A stretch of DNA of 64,000 nt from positions 10,633 through 74,632 of the forward strand of contig JAVRCV020000003.1 in assembly GCA_034530615.2 (NCBI GenBank). Reading direction: 5' to 3'. This document shows, piece by piece, positions 1 through 9,926 of this stretch. The notes beneath the pieces were generated by a model. It was not told the DNA's origin and did not search any database. It was given only the letters and a program-made list of their open reading frames with translations. The position numbers were made by a program, and so were the translations under genes. The first letter of the stretch is position 1, and each line of letters opens with the position of its first letter. The stretch comes from Aulosira sp. ZfuVER01. Lineage in GTDB: Bacteria > Cyanobacteriota > Cyanobacteriia > Cyanobacteriales > Nostocaceae.

Positions 1-1
1 A

Positions 2-781
2 ATTGCTTTTGTACGCCAAGCTGACCTTTCAGGACATATTTGGATTGCACCTGCGATCGCTTACCTCGCCATTTTCCTAGGGGCATTATTGGCTTGGTTG
101 GCAATTCAAGGGCAAGCCTATTTAACAAATACCAGGCCCCAAAAACCAACTCAGGGTAGTTTGCTTTTAGCCGCAATGGTGGGTAATACTGGTTATCTTG
201 GCTTTCCCATCATCCTAGCTATGGTAGGACAAAAGTACTTTGCTTGGGCTTTATTCTATGATTTATTAGGTTCACTCTTTGGGGCTTACGGCTTAGGAGT
301 GGCATTAGCAGCCAATTTCGGACGTAATGTGAGCGATTATTGGCAGATAACTCAGGTAATCTTAATTAATCCTGCCCTGTGGAGTTTCGGTTTTGGCTTA
401 CTGTTTAGACAGGTAAAAATCCCTTATATAGTTGAATTTTGTTTGGATAAATTGGCTTGGATTGCCGTTGCTTTATCCCTAGTGTTAATTGGGATGAGAC
501 TGTCGCAGTTAAAGTCATGGAAAAGCTTACCACAAGTAGGGATGAGCTTGGCAATTAAAATGCTGGTAGTTCCCTTAGTTATTGGCAGTACATTACCACT
601 GTTTGGTGTAACTGGTTCAGCCGCCCAGGTAATTGTCCTAGAAATGGCAATGCCGCCAGCGTTTGCCACTCTAGTAATTGCCGAAACCTTCAATCTCGAT
701 CGCGACTTAGCTGTAACCGCCTTGGCAGCAGGGGTAATAGTATTACTTGTTACATTACCAATTTGGCTATGGTTGTTTTAA
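2..781 (+). CDS. AEC (auxin efflux carrier/membrane transport) family permease, 5'-partial
   Basis: Frame is open from base 2; GNTGYLGFPI and AMPPAF motifs; many transmembrane segments. Confidence 0.85.
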   Translation: MAFVRQADLSGHIWIAPAIAYLAIFLGALLAWLAIQGQAYLTNTRPQKPTQGSLLLAAMVGNTGYLGFPIILAMVGQKYFAWALFYDLLGSLFGAYGLGVALAANFGRNVSDYWQITQVILINPALWSFGFGLLFRQVKIPYIVEFCLDKLAWIAVALSLVLIGMRLSQLKSWKSLPQVGMSLAIKMLVVPLVIGSTLPLFGVTGSAAQVIVLEMAMPPAFATLVIAETFNLDRDLAVTALAAGVIVLLVTLPIWLWLF

Positions 782-880
782 GGGCATTGGGCATGGGGCA
801 TTGGGCATTGGGGGAAAATTCCTGGCTTTTGACAAATGACATTGGAGAATTTCCCAATCCAAAATCCAAAATCCAAAATT
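782..880. repeat. STRR-type heptamer tandem repeats (GGGCATT/GGGCATG; AATCCAA)
   Basis: Directly visible 7-mer repeats between convergent genes, typical of Nostocales. Confidence 0.8.
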
Positions 881-883
881 GAC

Positions 884-1420
884 TCATAGGACGGGTGATG
901 CTTCACCGTGTTGGCTAAACTTTGCTGCTAGTTCAGCGGGGTTAGTGTATTCATAGGGTTCAAAGGGTTGGTGAATCCAGGGGTTATCTGAGAGGTAGTC
1001 AACATAGTAATCAGGTTCTATAACTGAGCAAGCTTTATACCAAAGTACAGCAGTACGAATTTCGGCGATCGCAAACTCAGGCTTTTGCTGTAGCCAAGGG
1101 ATAGTCTCTTTGAGTGTGACTCCAGAATCTACAAGGTCATCGACTAATAGAACCTGGGAACCTAAAGTTTCAGTGGTCATGGTTAAATGGCGAGAAAAGG
1201 TTAACGAACCCCTTTCTTGCTTGCCTGGTCCACTGTAAGATGATGTTGCTAAAATTGCCAGCGGTTGCTGGTATATACGGGATAAAATATCTCCTACTCG
1301 CAGTCCGCCTCTGGCAAGACAGACAATCTGGTTAAATTCCCAACCCGATTGATAAATCTGAGCAGCCAGTTGTTCAATTTTTTGGTGATAATCTGACCAA
1401 GAAACGTAAAGGTCTGGCAT
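884..1420 (-). CDS. Type I phosphoribosyltransferase (purine PRT-like)
   Basis: PRPP-binding motif VLLVDDLVDSGVT; LARGG motif. Confidence 0.9.
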   Translation of the reverse strand: MPDLYVSWSDYHQKIEQLAAQIYQSGWEFNQIVCLARGGLRVGDILSRIYQQPLAILATSSYSGPGKQERGSLTFSRHLTMTTETLGSQVLLVDDLVDSGVTLKETIPWLQQKPEFAIAEIRTAVLWYKACSVIEPDYYVDYLSDNPWIHQPFEPYEYTNPAELAAKFSQHGEASPVL

Positions 1421-1491
1421 AACGGAAGTAATTTTTAGCTAATACTGAAGGCAAATGCAAACTCTCTATTTTAGTATGAGCGCAAGATATT

Positions 1492-2913
1492 ATGAATGAT
1501 TCTGCCGCTGATGGTTCTGTTCAAAGTGAAAAACTGCCATTTAAAACCAAACTAGCCTATGGTGCAGGGGATTTAGGCCCGGCGATTACGGCAAATATTT
1601 CGATATTTTTCCTGCTGGTTTTCTTTACGAATGTCGCTGGTATCCCGGCGGGTTTGGCTGGCAGTATTTTGATGGTTGGTAAAATTTGGGATGCAGTCAA
1701 CGATCCGTTTGTCGGTTTTTTGACTGACAAAACGAAATCTCGTCGCTGGGGCCGTCGTCTGCCTTGGCTATTATATGGCGCGATTCCCTTTGGAGTTTTC
1801 TTTTTCTTGCAGTGGATTGTACCGCCCTTGAGCGTTTGGGGTTTGTTTTGGTATTACGTAGTCATTGGGATGATATCTCAGGTGTTTTACACCGTTGTCA
1901 ATTTGCCTTATACGGCAATGACACCAGAACTCACGCAAGATTATGACGAACGTACCAGCCTCAACAGCTTTCGCTTTACCTTTTCCATCGGTGGCAGTAT
2001 TCTATCGTTGATTTTTTCCAAAATCGTCTTTTCCTTCATTAGCGATCGCACACAACAATATTTAGTCTTAGCAGCAATCTGTACTGTAATTTCGGTAGCG
2101 TCGTTGTATTGGTGCGTTTATGGTACGCGCGATCGCATTTTGGCATTTGAGGCTAAACGCATCCAAATAGAAGAACCCCCATCTCTTCCCTTCATTGAAC
2201 AAATAAAAATTGCCTTTAGTAACCGACCTTTTCTGTTCGTTATTGGTATATATCTTTGTTCTTGGCTAGGCGTACAGATTACCGCCAGCATTATTCCTTA
2301 TTTTGTTGTTTACTGTATGCGCCTGCAAGAAGCAGATGTCCCTACAGTCATGATTGCAGTCCAAGGCACAGCTTTGTTGATGCTTTTTTTCTGGAGTAAT
2401 TTAAGTAAAAAAGTTGGTAAGAAAGTTGTTTATTTTCTGGGAATGAGTTTATGGATAATCGCCGCCGCCGGACTCTATTACTTACAACCTGGTCAAATAG
2501 GTTTAATGTATGTCATGGCAGTCATGGCAGGTTTTGGAGTGTCTACAGCTTATCTAGTTCCTTGGTCGATGATTCCAGATGTCATTGAATTAGATGAACT
2601 TCAAACAGGACAACGCCGCGAAGGAGTTTTTTATGGCTTTATGGTGTTGCTGCAAAAATTTGGTTTAGCTTTTGGTTTATTTTTAGTAGGAAACGCTTTG
2701 CAAGCATACGGTTTTAAAGAAGCTGTAGCCGGACAAACTGGACTACCCACGCAACCTGAATCAGCATTATTAGCTATCCGCCTAGCCGTTGGCCCCTTAC
2801 CTACAATTTGTTTGATTGCTGGTTTATTTTTAACGTATTTTTATCCAATTACTCGGGAGATGCACGCCGAAATGATGCTGAAACTCAAACAGCGGCGAGA
2901 GCAGATTGAGTAA
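1492..2913 (+). CDS. MFS glycoside-pentoside-hexuronide (GPH)/Na+:melibiose-type symporter
   Basis: DAVNDP, SRRWGRR and RREGVFYG motifs; about 12 TM segments. Confidence 0.9.
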   Translation: MNDSAADGSVQSEKLPFKTKLAYGAGDLGPAITANISIFFLLVFFTNVAGIPAGLAGSILMVGKIWDAVNDPFVGFLTDKTKSRRWGRRLPWLLYGAIPFGVFFFLQWIVPPLSVWGLFWYYVVIGMISQVFYTVVNLPYTAMTPELTQDYDERTSLNSFRFTFSIGGSILSLIFSKIVFSFISDRTQQYLVLAAICTVISVASLYWCVYGTRDRILAFEAKRIQIEEPPSLPFIEQIKIAFSNRPFLFVIGIYLCSWLGVQITASIIPYFVVYCMRLQEADVPTVMIAVQGTALLMLFFWSNLSKKVGKKVVYFLGMSLWIIAAAGLYYLQPGQIGLMYVMAVMAGFGVSTAYLVPWSMIPDVIELDELQTGQRREGVFYGFMVLLQKFGLAFGLFLVGNALQAYGFKEAVAGQTGLPTQPESALLAIRLAVGPLPTICLIAGLFLTYFYPITREMHAEMMLKLKQRREQIE

Positions 2914-3001
2914 TTTTTCAAATAAAAGAATGTGCTTTATGGGCGGAGTTTCCCCGCCCTTTACCTTATACAAATTGCTATTAATTACACAGGACAAAGT
3001 A

Positions 3002-3736
3002 ATGCTAGAAAGCCTGACAAAACCTTCATCAATTTCCCCAGCAACAGATACAGAAATTTTGGCTTACCTGCGTCGCGTTCACAAAATAGCTGACATTGCT
3101 GCTTTAGCAGAACGAGATACTCTAGTTTTAAGGGCTTGCGAGGAGTTTAAGATTAAAGTTACCAATGAAGAATTACAAGCAGCCGGAGATGCATTTCGTC
3201 TAGAACACAAGCTGTTGGGAGCATCAGAAACCCTCAACTGGCTATCTCAGCAGCGCATCTCTGTAGAAGATTGGTCTTTGGGAATCAAAATTGAACTGCT
3301 CACCAAAAAGCTGAAAGAATATCTGTTTGGCATGGAAGTCGATGCTGATTATATGAAAAACCGCGATCGCTATCGACAAGTGATACTATCTCAGATTTTA
3401 GTACCTGACTTATCTGATGCCTTAAAAATTGTCCACTTAATTCAAAAAGAAAATGCTTCTTTTGCTGCCCTAGCCGTAGAGTATTCTCAAGATCAACTCT
3501 CTCTAGAAAATGGCGGTTTTGTTGGCTTGTGTTTGCTAGTAGAATTGATACCAGAAATTGTCCAAGCTATTACCGATGCTGTAGCAGGACAAGTCATAGG
3601 GCCAATTCCCACCAAACTTGGTCATCACATTCTCAGAGTTGAAAAGTGGTTACATCCTGAATTGAGTAATTCAGCCAGGGAAAATATTTTAGAATCTCTG
3701 TTTCAAGTTTGGCTGCATAATTCAACCGCGCATTAA
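3002..3736 (+). CDS. PpiC/parvulin-type peptidylprolyl isomerase-like protein
   Basis: Likely start ATG 3002; FAALAVEYS...ENGGFVG...GPIPTKLGHHILRVE rotamase pattern. Confidence 0.8.
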   Translation: MLESLTKPSSISPATDTEILAYLRRVHKIADIAALAERDTLVLRACEEFKIKVTNEELQAAGDAFRLEHKLLGASETLNWLSQQRISVEDWSLGIKIELLTKKLKEYLFGMEVDADYMKNRDRYRQVILSQILVPDLSDALKIVHLIQKENASFAALAVEYSQDQLSLENGGFVGLCLLVELIPEIVQAITDAVAGQVIGPIPTKLGHHILRVEKWLHPELSNSARENILESLFQVWLHNSTAH

Positions 3737-3805
3737 CAAATTGTTGCCGTTTATCGGCGGTTCATTTCATTAATTTGAAATCTCTCAATTGTGCCAGCGA
3801 TTGAT

Positions 3806-3889
3806 ATATTTGTCCCCTTGCGGGATAAGTTTTGCTGCTGGATTCGAGAAAACATTCGCTGAGTTGTTTCAGTCTCCTTGCGGGGTAAT
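3806..3889. CRISPR. Two degenerate remnant CRISPR repeats (trailer end)
   Basis: TCCCCTTGCGGGATAA at about 3813 and GTTTCAGTCTCCTTGCGGGGTAAT at 3866-3889 resemble the array repeat. Confidence 0.65.
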
Positions 3890-3945
3890 ACCAATTCACG
3901 AAAATCATGATAGAGATAGATTTTTTGTAGGGGTTTAGCATTGCT

Positions 3946-4133
3946 CATACGTGTCAAATTAACGTGAAAGGCTTTGTCAATCAGGATATTTGATCCCCCA
4001 ACCCCCTTAAAAAGGGGGCTAAGATTCTAATATAATTCCCCCTTTTTTAAGGGGGATCAAAAGTTTATGGTGCTAAGAGACAGAACCTCAAAGACTTACG
4101 CTGTATGCATCTACGCTTAAATTGACACAGGTG
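3946..4133. mobile_element. MITE, family A copy 1 (TIR about CAyynGTGTCAAhTTAA, 9-bp TSD AGCATTGCT)
   Basis: Imperfect TIRs; 9-bp direct repeats at 3937-3945 and 4134-4142; homologous to copies at 26992 and 59688. Confidence 0.85.
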
Positions 4134-4191
4134 AGCATTGCTAAACCCTCTATTACTTCCACTGTTCCTATTTAAAGTTACGGATATTGAT

Positions 4192-5336
4192 GTTTCAATC
4201 CCCTTGCGGGGTAATTGTTGTTTGAAACTGATCACTGGTTTCAATAGCTCCTCATCGCCTGCTAAGTTTCAATCCCCTTGCGGGGTAATTTTTGTTTGAA
4301 ACCGAATCGCTCCCTGCGGTTCCATTAACATCAGCTGGTTTCAATCCCCTTGCGGGGTAGTTGTTGTTTGAAACATTAACGCTGCTGACCTGCGAAATCA
4401 AGCATCACCAGAGTTTCAATCCCCTTGCGGGGTAATTGTTGTTTGAAACGTGACGCCATTACTAGCTAAAAACGTATTAGCCGCGTTTCAATCCCCTTGC
4501 GGGGTAATTGTTGTTTGAAACTCCAGTAAATGCTACGTCGAGAGTATTATATAGCAGTTTCAATCCCCTTGCGGGGTAATTGTTGTTTGAAACTTTGGGT
4601 CGATTTTTAGTAGGGTTTTAGTAGCGGTTTAGGTTTCAATCCCCTTGCGGGGTAATTGTTGTTTGAAACTTGATTGCGCCAGCTAAACTAGTTGCTATAA
4701 TTGCTAGTTTCAATCCCCTTGCGGGGTAATTGTTGTTTGAAACCGGTGGAAGTAGAATTAAAGCGCATTATTGGCGAGTTTCAATCCCCTTGCGGGGTAA
4801 TTGTTGTTTGAAACTTAATTGATTGGAATCAAGGAGCAAAGCATTACTATTCTTGTTTCAATCCCCTTGCGGGGTAATTGTTGTTTGAAACTTATTCTTT
4901 GCCTGTAAGCTCTTTGTTTTTCGGCATGTTTCAATCCCCTTGCGGGGTAATTGTTGTTTGAAACACATGATGAATATGCGCATCTAAAGATTTAAAGCGA
5001 TGTTTCAATCCCCTTGCGGGGTAATTGTTGTTTGAAACTTTGGGCAGCGATCGCTATTTTTTGGATGAGATATTGATGTTTCAATCCCCTTGCGGGGTAA
5101 TTGTTGTTTGAAACCATTTTTCTGTGAATTCGCTAAATGTCATAATTGGTTGTTTCAATCCCCTTGCGGGGTAATTGTTGTTTGAAACCTGAATAATCGG
5201 TTTCACAAACTCCAGTAATAATCGCATGTTTCAATCCCCTTGCGGGGTAATTGTTGTTTGAAACTCTACAGCTTGTGTTATCCCATCAAGGATCTCAAAG
5301 TTTCAATCCCCTTGCGGGGTAATTGTTGTTTGAAAC
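4192..5336 (-). CRISPR. CRISPR array, 16 repeats/15 spacers; repeat GTTTCAATCCCCTTGCGGGGTAATTGTTGTTTGAAAC (37 nt, + strand); no cas genes in window
   Basis: 37-nt repeats separated by unique 34-40 nt spacers. Variant repeats lie at the left and an AT-rich leader at the right. The minus-strand repeat has a CCCC-GCAA-GGGG hairpin and ends ATTGAAAC (class 1-type handle). Confidence 0.98.
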
Positions 5337-5560
5337 AGCTGGGTTCTGAAACTTAACAATAGCAAGCTTCCTGGGAAGAGTTTTGACGGGTCGAAAATTA
5401 TGGTCATTTTTAGCCGACCTTATTGCAATTATTTTGCATCTTCCCAAATCTCTTAAACGCTATAATTATTGCTTTGTCAAGGTTCTGGCGATTTTGGCAG
5501 ATCCCCTAGGGTTTTTGCCCCCGCTTTGATTTGCCAAACATCAAGCTAATAACTAATCAT
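5337..5560 (-). promoter_or_regulatory. Putative CRISPR leader
   Basis: Non-coding region abutting the non-degenerate end of the array. Confidence 0.6.
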
Positions 5561-5594
5561 AAGATCTTCATCAATTATTGTCGAGATGTATTTC

Positions 5595-5720
5595 AATCTG
5601 CGCAAAATACGGAAACAGGAACCCTGATGCTAATTCAAGGAACCCTGATGTTAATTCCGGGTACGCGAAACACGGAAACGGGAACCCTGAAATTAATTCA
5701 AGGAACCCTGATGTTGCTTC
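5595..5720. repeat. Six 21-nt units (B-A-A-B-A-A), homologous to the 58815-59045 array in inverted orientation
   Basis: A about AAGGAACCCTGATGTTAATTC; B about CGGGTACGCGAAACACGGAAA. Confidence 0.9.
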
Positions 5721-5938
5721 AGGCTTCCTTGAAGTTGCTATCACTTGCTTATTTGCAAAATATTTTTTGCGTAAATGCGATCGCACAGCAGATGAAAAAC
5801 GATTGCAAAGGCAATAGTAATTGGGCATTGTCCCCGCTTACCAGACTCACTGCCTTTATTGGGATTGACGCTTAATTCTAAATCTGCTAAGATAAAATCG
5901 ATAAGGAAGAACTATACTAAATATGTTTATAGCGAAAC

Positions 5939-5971
5939 AAAAAACCGCTTGCTGAATGGCAAGCGGTTTTT
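5939..5971. terminator. Bidirectional rho-independent terminator
   Basis: AAAAACCGCTTGC-loop-GCAAGCGGTTTTT. Confidence 0.8.
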
Positions 5972-5996
5972 ATGCTGTTATCGCAGCTTGATTTAA

Positions 5997-6977
5997 TTAA
6001 ACAAGCTTCAAATCAGGATACTCAGCTAACAAATCATCAGAAGTGAGAGTATCACCTTCAGCTTGAGGAGTCCAAAGCACCTCTATCGCCAAAGTTTGCT
6101 CGCTAGGAATACCACCAATTTGACGCAAAGCTTGACGCAAATCATCAGCACTGTTAATTGCGGGAATTGCATACTTGCCTAGAGTCGCTACCAACAAGGT
6201 AACGATAATATATTCTCCAGGACCAGAAGTAATGAGATCGGTGGGATTTTCTGGATTTACACCACCAGGTAGAGCTTCTTTAGCCAGTGCTGCTCTGAGT
6301 TGGTTGTTGACATTAGATAGGGTTTCTTCGCTAAATTTGCTGCGTTCTGCTAGGGAGAGACGATTGAATTGAGCCTCAGCAGAATTCAACTTAGCTTGCT
6401 GTGTACCGCCACCAACATATACCCAGTACTCTGGATGGCGGAGCAATGCCAGGCTAGTTTCTTGGAGAATTTCTGCTCTTCCCTGTGGGGAATTGGTATC
6501 AGCAGTTTCGGCAATGCGATCGAGTTCAGTTTGTAAACCACGCGCCTGAGCTAATAAACCCACTTGCAAACGAGTTACAGATACAGGAGGATTGCTGCTG
6601 TAGCCTACTTCGTTTGTTGTATCGCCACTGCTAGCGCGGCGGAAAGATTGAACTAAGAAATTAGCGATCGCAATAAAAATTAAGATGGTAAACAACCCGC
6701 CAAATCCTCCACCGATACCCCAGAAAGGAATCAGGAAAGGAAATCCAAAACCACCACCAGGGTAAGGAGCATAGTATCCTCCCCCACCAGGAGGTGCGTA
6801 GGTGCGAGGTGTGTAAGTGCGGCTAGAAGGCACTCTAAAAGAACCACCGCCGATTCTACCACCACTACGGGCGGCTAATGCTCCATCGGCGTGACCAAGT
6901 GCCAAAGCTAACACCAGGCTCAGGACAAAGAAAGTTTTTAACAGCGGTTTGATCGCTTGTTGTAGTTTTTTACGCAT
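5997..6977 (-). CDS. DUF1517 family membrane protein (FLAP1-like)
   Basis: Likely start MRKKLQ at 6977; AARSGGRIGGGSF, LALLRHPEYW, ERSKFSEETL, EVLWTPQ motifs. Confidence 0.88.
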   Translation of the reverse strand: MRKKLQQAIKPLLKTFFVLSLVLALALGHADGALAARSGGRIGGGSFRVPSSRTYTPRTYAPPGGGGYYAPYPGGGFGFPFLIPFWGIGGGFGGLFTILIFIAIANFLVQSFRRASSGDTTNEVGYSSNPPVSVTRLQVGLLAQARGLQTELDRIAETADTNSPQGRAEILQETSLALLRHPEYWVYVGGGTQQAKLNSAEAQFNRLSLAERSKFSEETLSNVNNQLRAALAKEALPGGVNPENPTDLITSGPGEYIIVTLLVATLGKYAIPAINSADDLRQALRQIGGIPSEQTLAIEVLWTPQAEGDTLTSDDLLAEYPDLKLV

Positions 6978-8286
6978 AATACAGTCGCTTGAAAAACGGT
7001 ATTGGTGATGATTTCTCCCAATGCTCGTAGGAGAGTTGTGCTTGGTCAGTAACGCCAGCCCGTAGCAAGCAAGCGAGTTTTTGATTGGCAGTAGCTCTCT
7101 GTAACATTCTGCTTTTTCGGCTACATATTCAATGTACCGTGTCTTATCTTGCCTAGGCAGCAAGCTTAGGGGGGATTTCTTGAGTAGATAACCGTACCTT
7201 AAATCTTTTCTCTAATGTAGGAATTTTGGGATCAATTAATCATTACCCTAGCGATCGCGGCTCACCGAAACAGTGCTGAGTAACGAGTGAGATCCTCACT
7301 TATGACTCAGCACTCAGCACTCAGTTATCCTGAAATCTACCTAAAGAGAGACTTATCATTCAAACTATAGTCAGAACAAGGTTTGATTGTTTTTGCACAG
7401 ATACAGCAAGCACAACTTATCTAGTTAACTAACGGGAGGTACTACAGGCTTCATACCCACAAACTTGTCTGAGACTGACAACCAGAGACTTTTTGGCATT
7501 TTGGCATAATTGTGAGTGATTTTCAGGATAGCCTATTGCTAGAAACTAAATTTAGCAATTACCACAATAGTCTATGAGCAATTGATTTAGCTGGCAGTAC
7601 CAAACTTTAATGCTTGTTAATCAGGTAGACGAATTTTATGTGGTGAGGAATTAAAATCAAAAAATAACAACAGCAACATTAAAAATAAAATCTTCCCAAC
7701 TACTGTTCTCAAATACTGCTGAAATTTGTATACTCCTATCGCTTAAACAAGGATTTAGAATGATGTTTCTACAGCCTATGTATTATCAAGTGATAACTAT
7801 TTTTACAAATCTGCTTGCTATGCTTGAAGTAAGTACTGATAGTAAACAATAATGTAGATTCCGCGTTTTTACAGGCTAGCAATTGGCGAAGATGATAAAA
7901 CAGTAGAAAATTAGATACAGATATAGCAAATTCCTTATGGTAATTATAGAAAAGGATGTTTGCGCAAAATCTAGTGTATGTGGCTTAGGCGGCAAGCTAC
8001 TCACGCTACGTGTTACCACTCAGGGGAGTCACCGTGTCAGCGATTTCCCTGACTAGCTAAATTACTTACTTGCTCTCGTAGAATTCAGGAGAGTAAGATG
8101 TGACTGGCGTTAATAAATCACGCATCCTGTTGTGTCCTTTAGTTCCCTCTCGAGTTGTCTTGAGAAAATTCTGAATTCACCAAAATTACAGCACAAGGAC
8201 AGCAGTAAATTAGTGCTAATTTCTTCGTCTTAGTTGAGAGTATGAAAACTTAAAAATTATTAGCAATATAGTTAGAAAACTTAATT

Positions 8287-9480
8287 ATGGAACATATTTC
8301 ACAACTGGCGGCAAATGTTCGCGAAAAAACTGCCTTCCCCGATATTCTAGTTATCTCTCGCAGCTTTCTACCAAAAGAAGCTGTAATTAGTGAGTATATA
8401 TATAATCGTTGTCTGCAAGATCCAGAACGAGTAATTGTTCTCGCTGCTGCTTGCTCAGGCGATAAAGTATTCGATCGAGATCAAAAATTCCCTATATATC
8501 GCTGGCCAATTATTAGAGATTGGAGTTTTCTCAATCCTTGCTTCAATCTCATCTATTCATTTGTACTGGCAATTAAATTATATTTTCGCTATCACTATCG
8601 CTATATTGAGTGGGGACATGGCTACGAGTTTCCATCACTTTTACTCCTCAGCTATTTCCTCCCTATTCGCTTTTTTATCTATCTTCACGGTAATGATATT
8701 CTTTGTGGTTTACGCAATCCTTTATGGCGATCGCTATTTAAATTGACGCTTAAACGAGCTGAAGGGATTGTTTGTAACAGTTCTTTTACACAAGATTACC
8801 TCAGAGCTAGCTTGCGATTGGATACCCCTACCCATGTCATTAACCCAATGGTTAGGCCAGAGAAATTTAGCCAAGTACCAAGTCAAGGTAATCTGGGTAA
8901 TTTACGTGCAAGCGTGCGCCAAATGTACAACATTCCAGAGACAGCAGTAGTTATTCTCTCGGTGGGACAGCTGGTTAAGCATAAAAGCTTTAACCGTGTA
9001 ATTGACAATTTGCCCCTACTACTAACTGTTGGGGTAGATGTCCACTATATAATTTGTGGACAAGGCCCTTGTGAAGCGGAACTGAAATCTCTAGCACATC
9101 GCTTGCGAGTAGATCAAAGGGTACACTTTGCTGGATATATACCCGATCGCGAATTAGCTGGCTATTATGCAGCCTGTGATATATTTGCCATCCTCAATCT
9201 CGTGAATACAAAAGCTAGTAATATAGAGGGTTTTGGGATAGTTTACCTAGAAGCGAGTTACTTTGGTAAACCCGTGATTGCTTCTCGTTTAGGCGGTGTC
9301 ATCGATGCAATTCACCACGAAGAGAACGGCATACTAGTTAACCCTAATTCTGGTTATGAAGTCTTCCAGGCTTTCAATCGCTTGTGTAAAGATCAACCGC
9401 TACGCGAACAACTCGGTCGTAAAGGTAAAGAATTAGCCCAGCGGAAGACCTTTCACCGTTCGTTGTACAAGTCAGAATGA
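8287..9480 (+). CDS. Glycosyltransferase family 4 (GT-B)
   Basis: EGFGIVYLEASYFGKPVIAS motif. Confidence 0.92.
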   Translation: MEHISQLAANVREKTAFPDILVISRSFLPKEAVISEYIYNRCLQDPERVIVLAAACSGDKVFDRDQKFPIYRWPIIRDWSFLNPCFNLIYSFVLAIKLYFRYHYRYIEWGHGYEFPSLLLLSYFLPIRFFIYLHGNDILCGLRNPLWRSLFKLTLKRAEGIVCNSSFTQDYLRASLRLDTPTHVINPMVRPEKFSQVPSQGNLGNLRASVRQMYNIPETAVVILSVGQLVKHKSFNRVIDNLPLLLTVGVDVHYIICGQGPCEAELKSLAHRLRVDQRVHFAGYIPDRELAGYYAACDIFAILNLVNTKASNIEGFGIVYLEASYFGKPVIASRLGGVIDAIHHEENGILVNPNSGYEVFQAFNRLCKDQPLREQLGRKGKELAQRKTFHRSLYKSE

Positions 9481-9605
9481 GGGAGTAGGGGGATAAGGAA
9501 GATAAGGGAGACAAAGGGACGCGGGGACGGGGAGAAATAATAAATGGCAAAGGACAAATGACATTAGAAAATTTCCCAATCTAAAATCCAAAATCCAAAA
9601 TTGAT

Positions 9606-9818
9606 TCACCCACCACCAACAATGGTGACAACTTCCAAGCGATCGCCTTGTTGCACTTTTGTTTCATTCCAAAATTGGCGGTGTAAAATCTCGCCATTAT
9701 ACTCTACTGCTACTAAGCGGGGATTGAAACCAAGTTGTTGGAGTAATTCTGGTAAAGGAGTTTGGGATGAACAGCTATGGCTCTCTCCATTTACCTGAAG
9801 TGTAATTTGATTAGACAT
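9606..9818 (-). CDS. thiS: Sulfur carrier protein ThiS
   Basis: VNGE...AVEYNGEI...C-terminal VGGG; directly downstream of thiE. Confidence 0.95.
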   Translation of the reverse strand: MSNQITLQVNGESHSCSSQTPLPELLQQLGFNPRLVAVEYNGEILHRQFWNETKVQQGDRLEVVTIVGGG

Positions 9819-9926
9819 AAATTGTCACAAATGCATTTCAAACAATTGGGAATTTTATAAAAATTCTGAGCAGCAAAAGCTACTACTCAGAATTTTAGTG
9901 ATTTTGAATTTTAAATTTTGAGTTAT

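Noticed and set aside
3002..3736. PPIase as a marker of a RiPP/bacteriocin export cluster
   Set aside because: No precursor, peptidase-ABC exporter or HlyD gene adjacent
5531..5875. ORFs 5531-5875, 5571-5828 and 5578-5817
   Set aside because: Frames are open mainly because the 21-nt repeat is stop-free; no independent coding evidence, so annotated as a repeat
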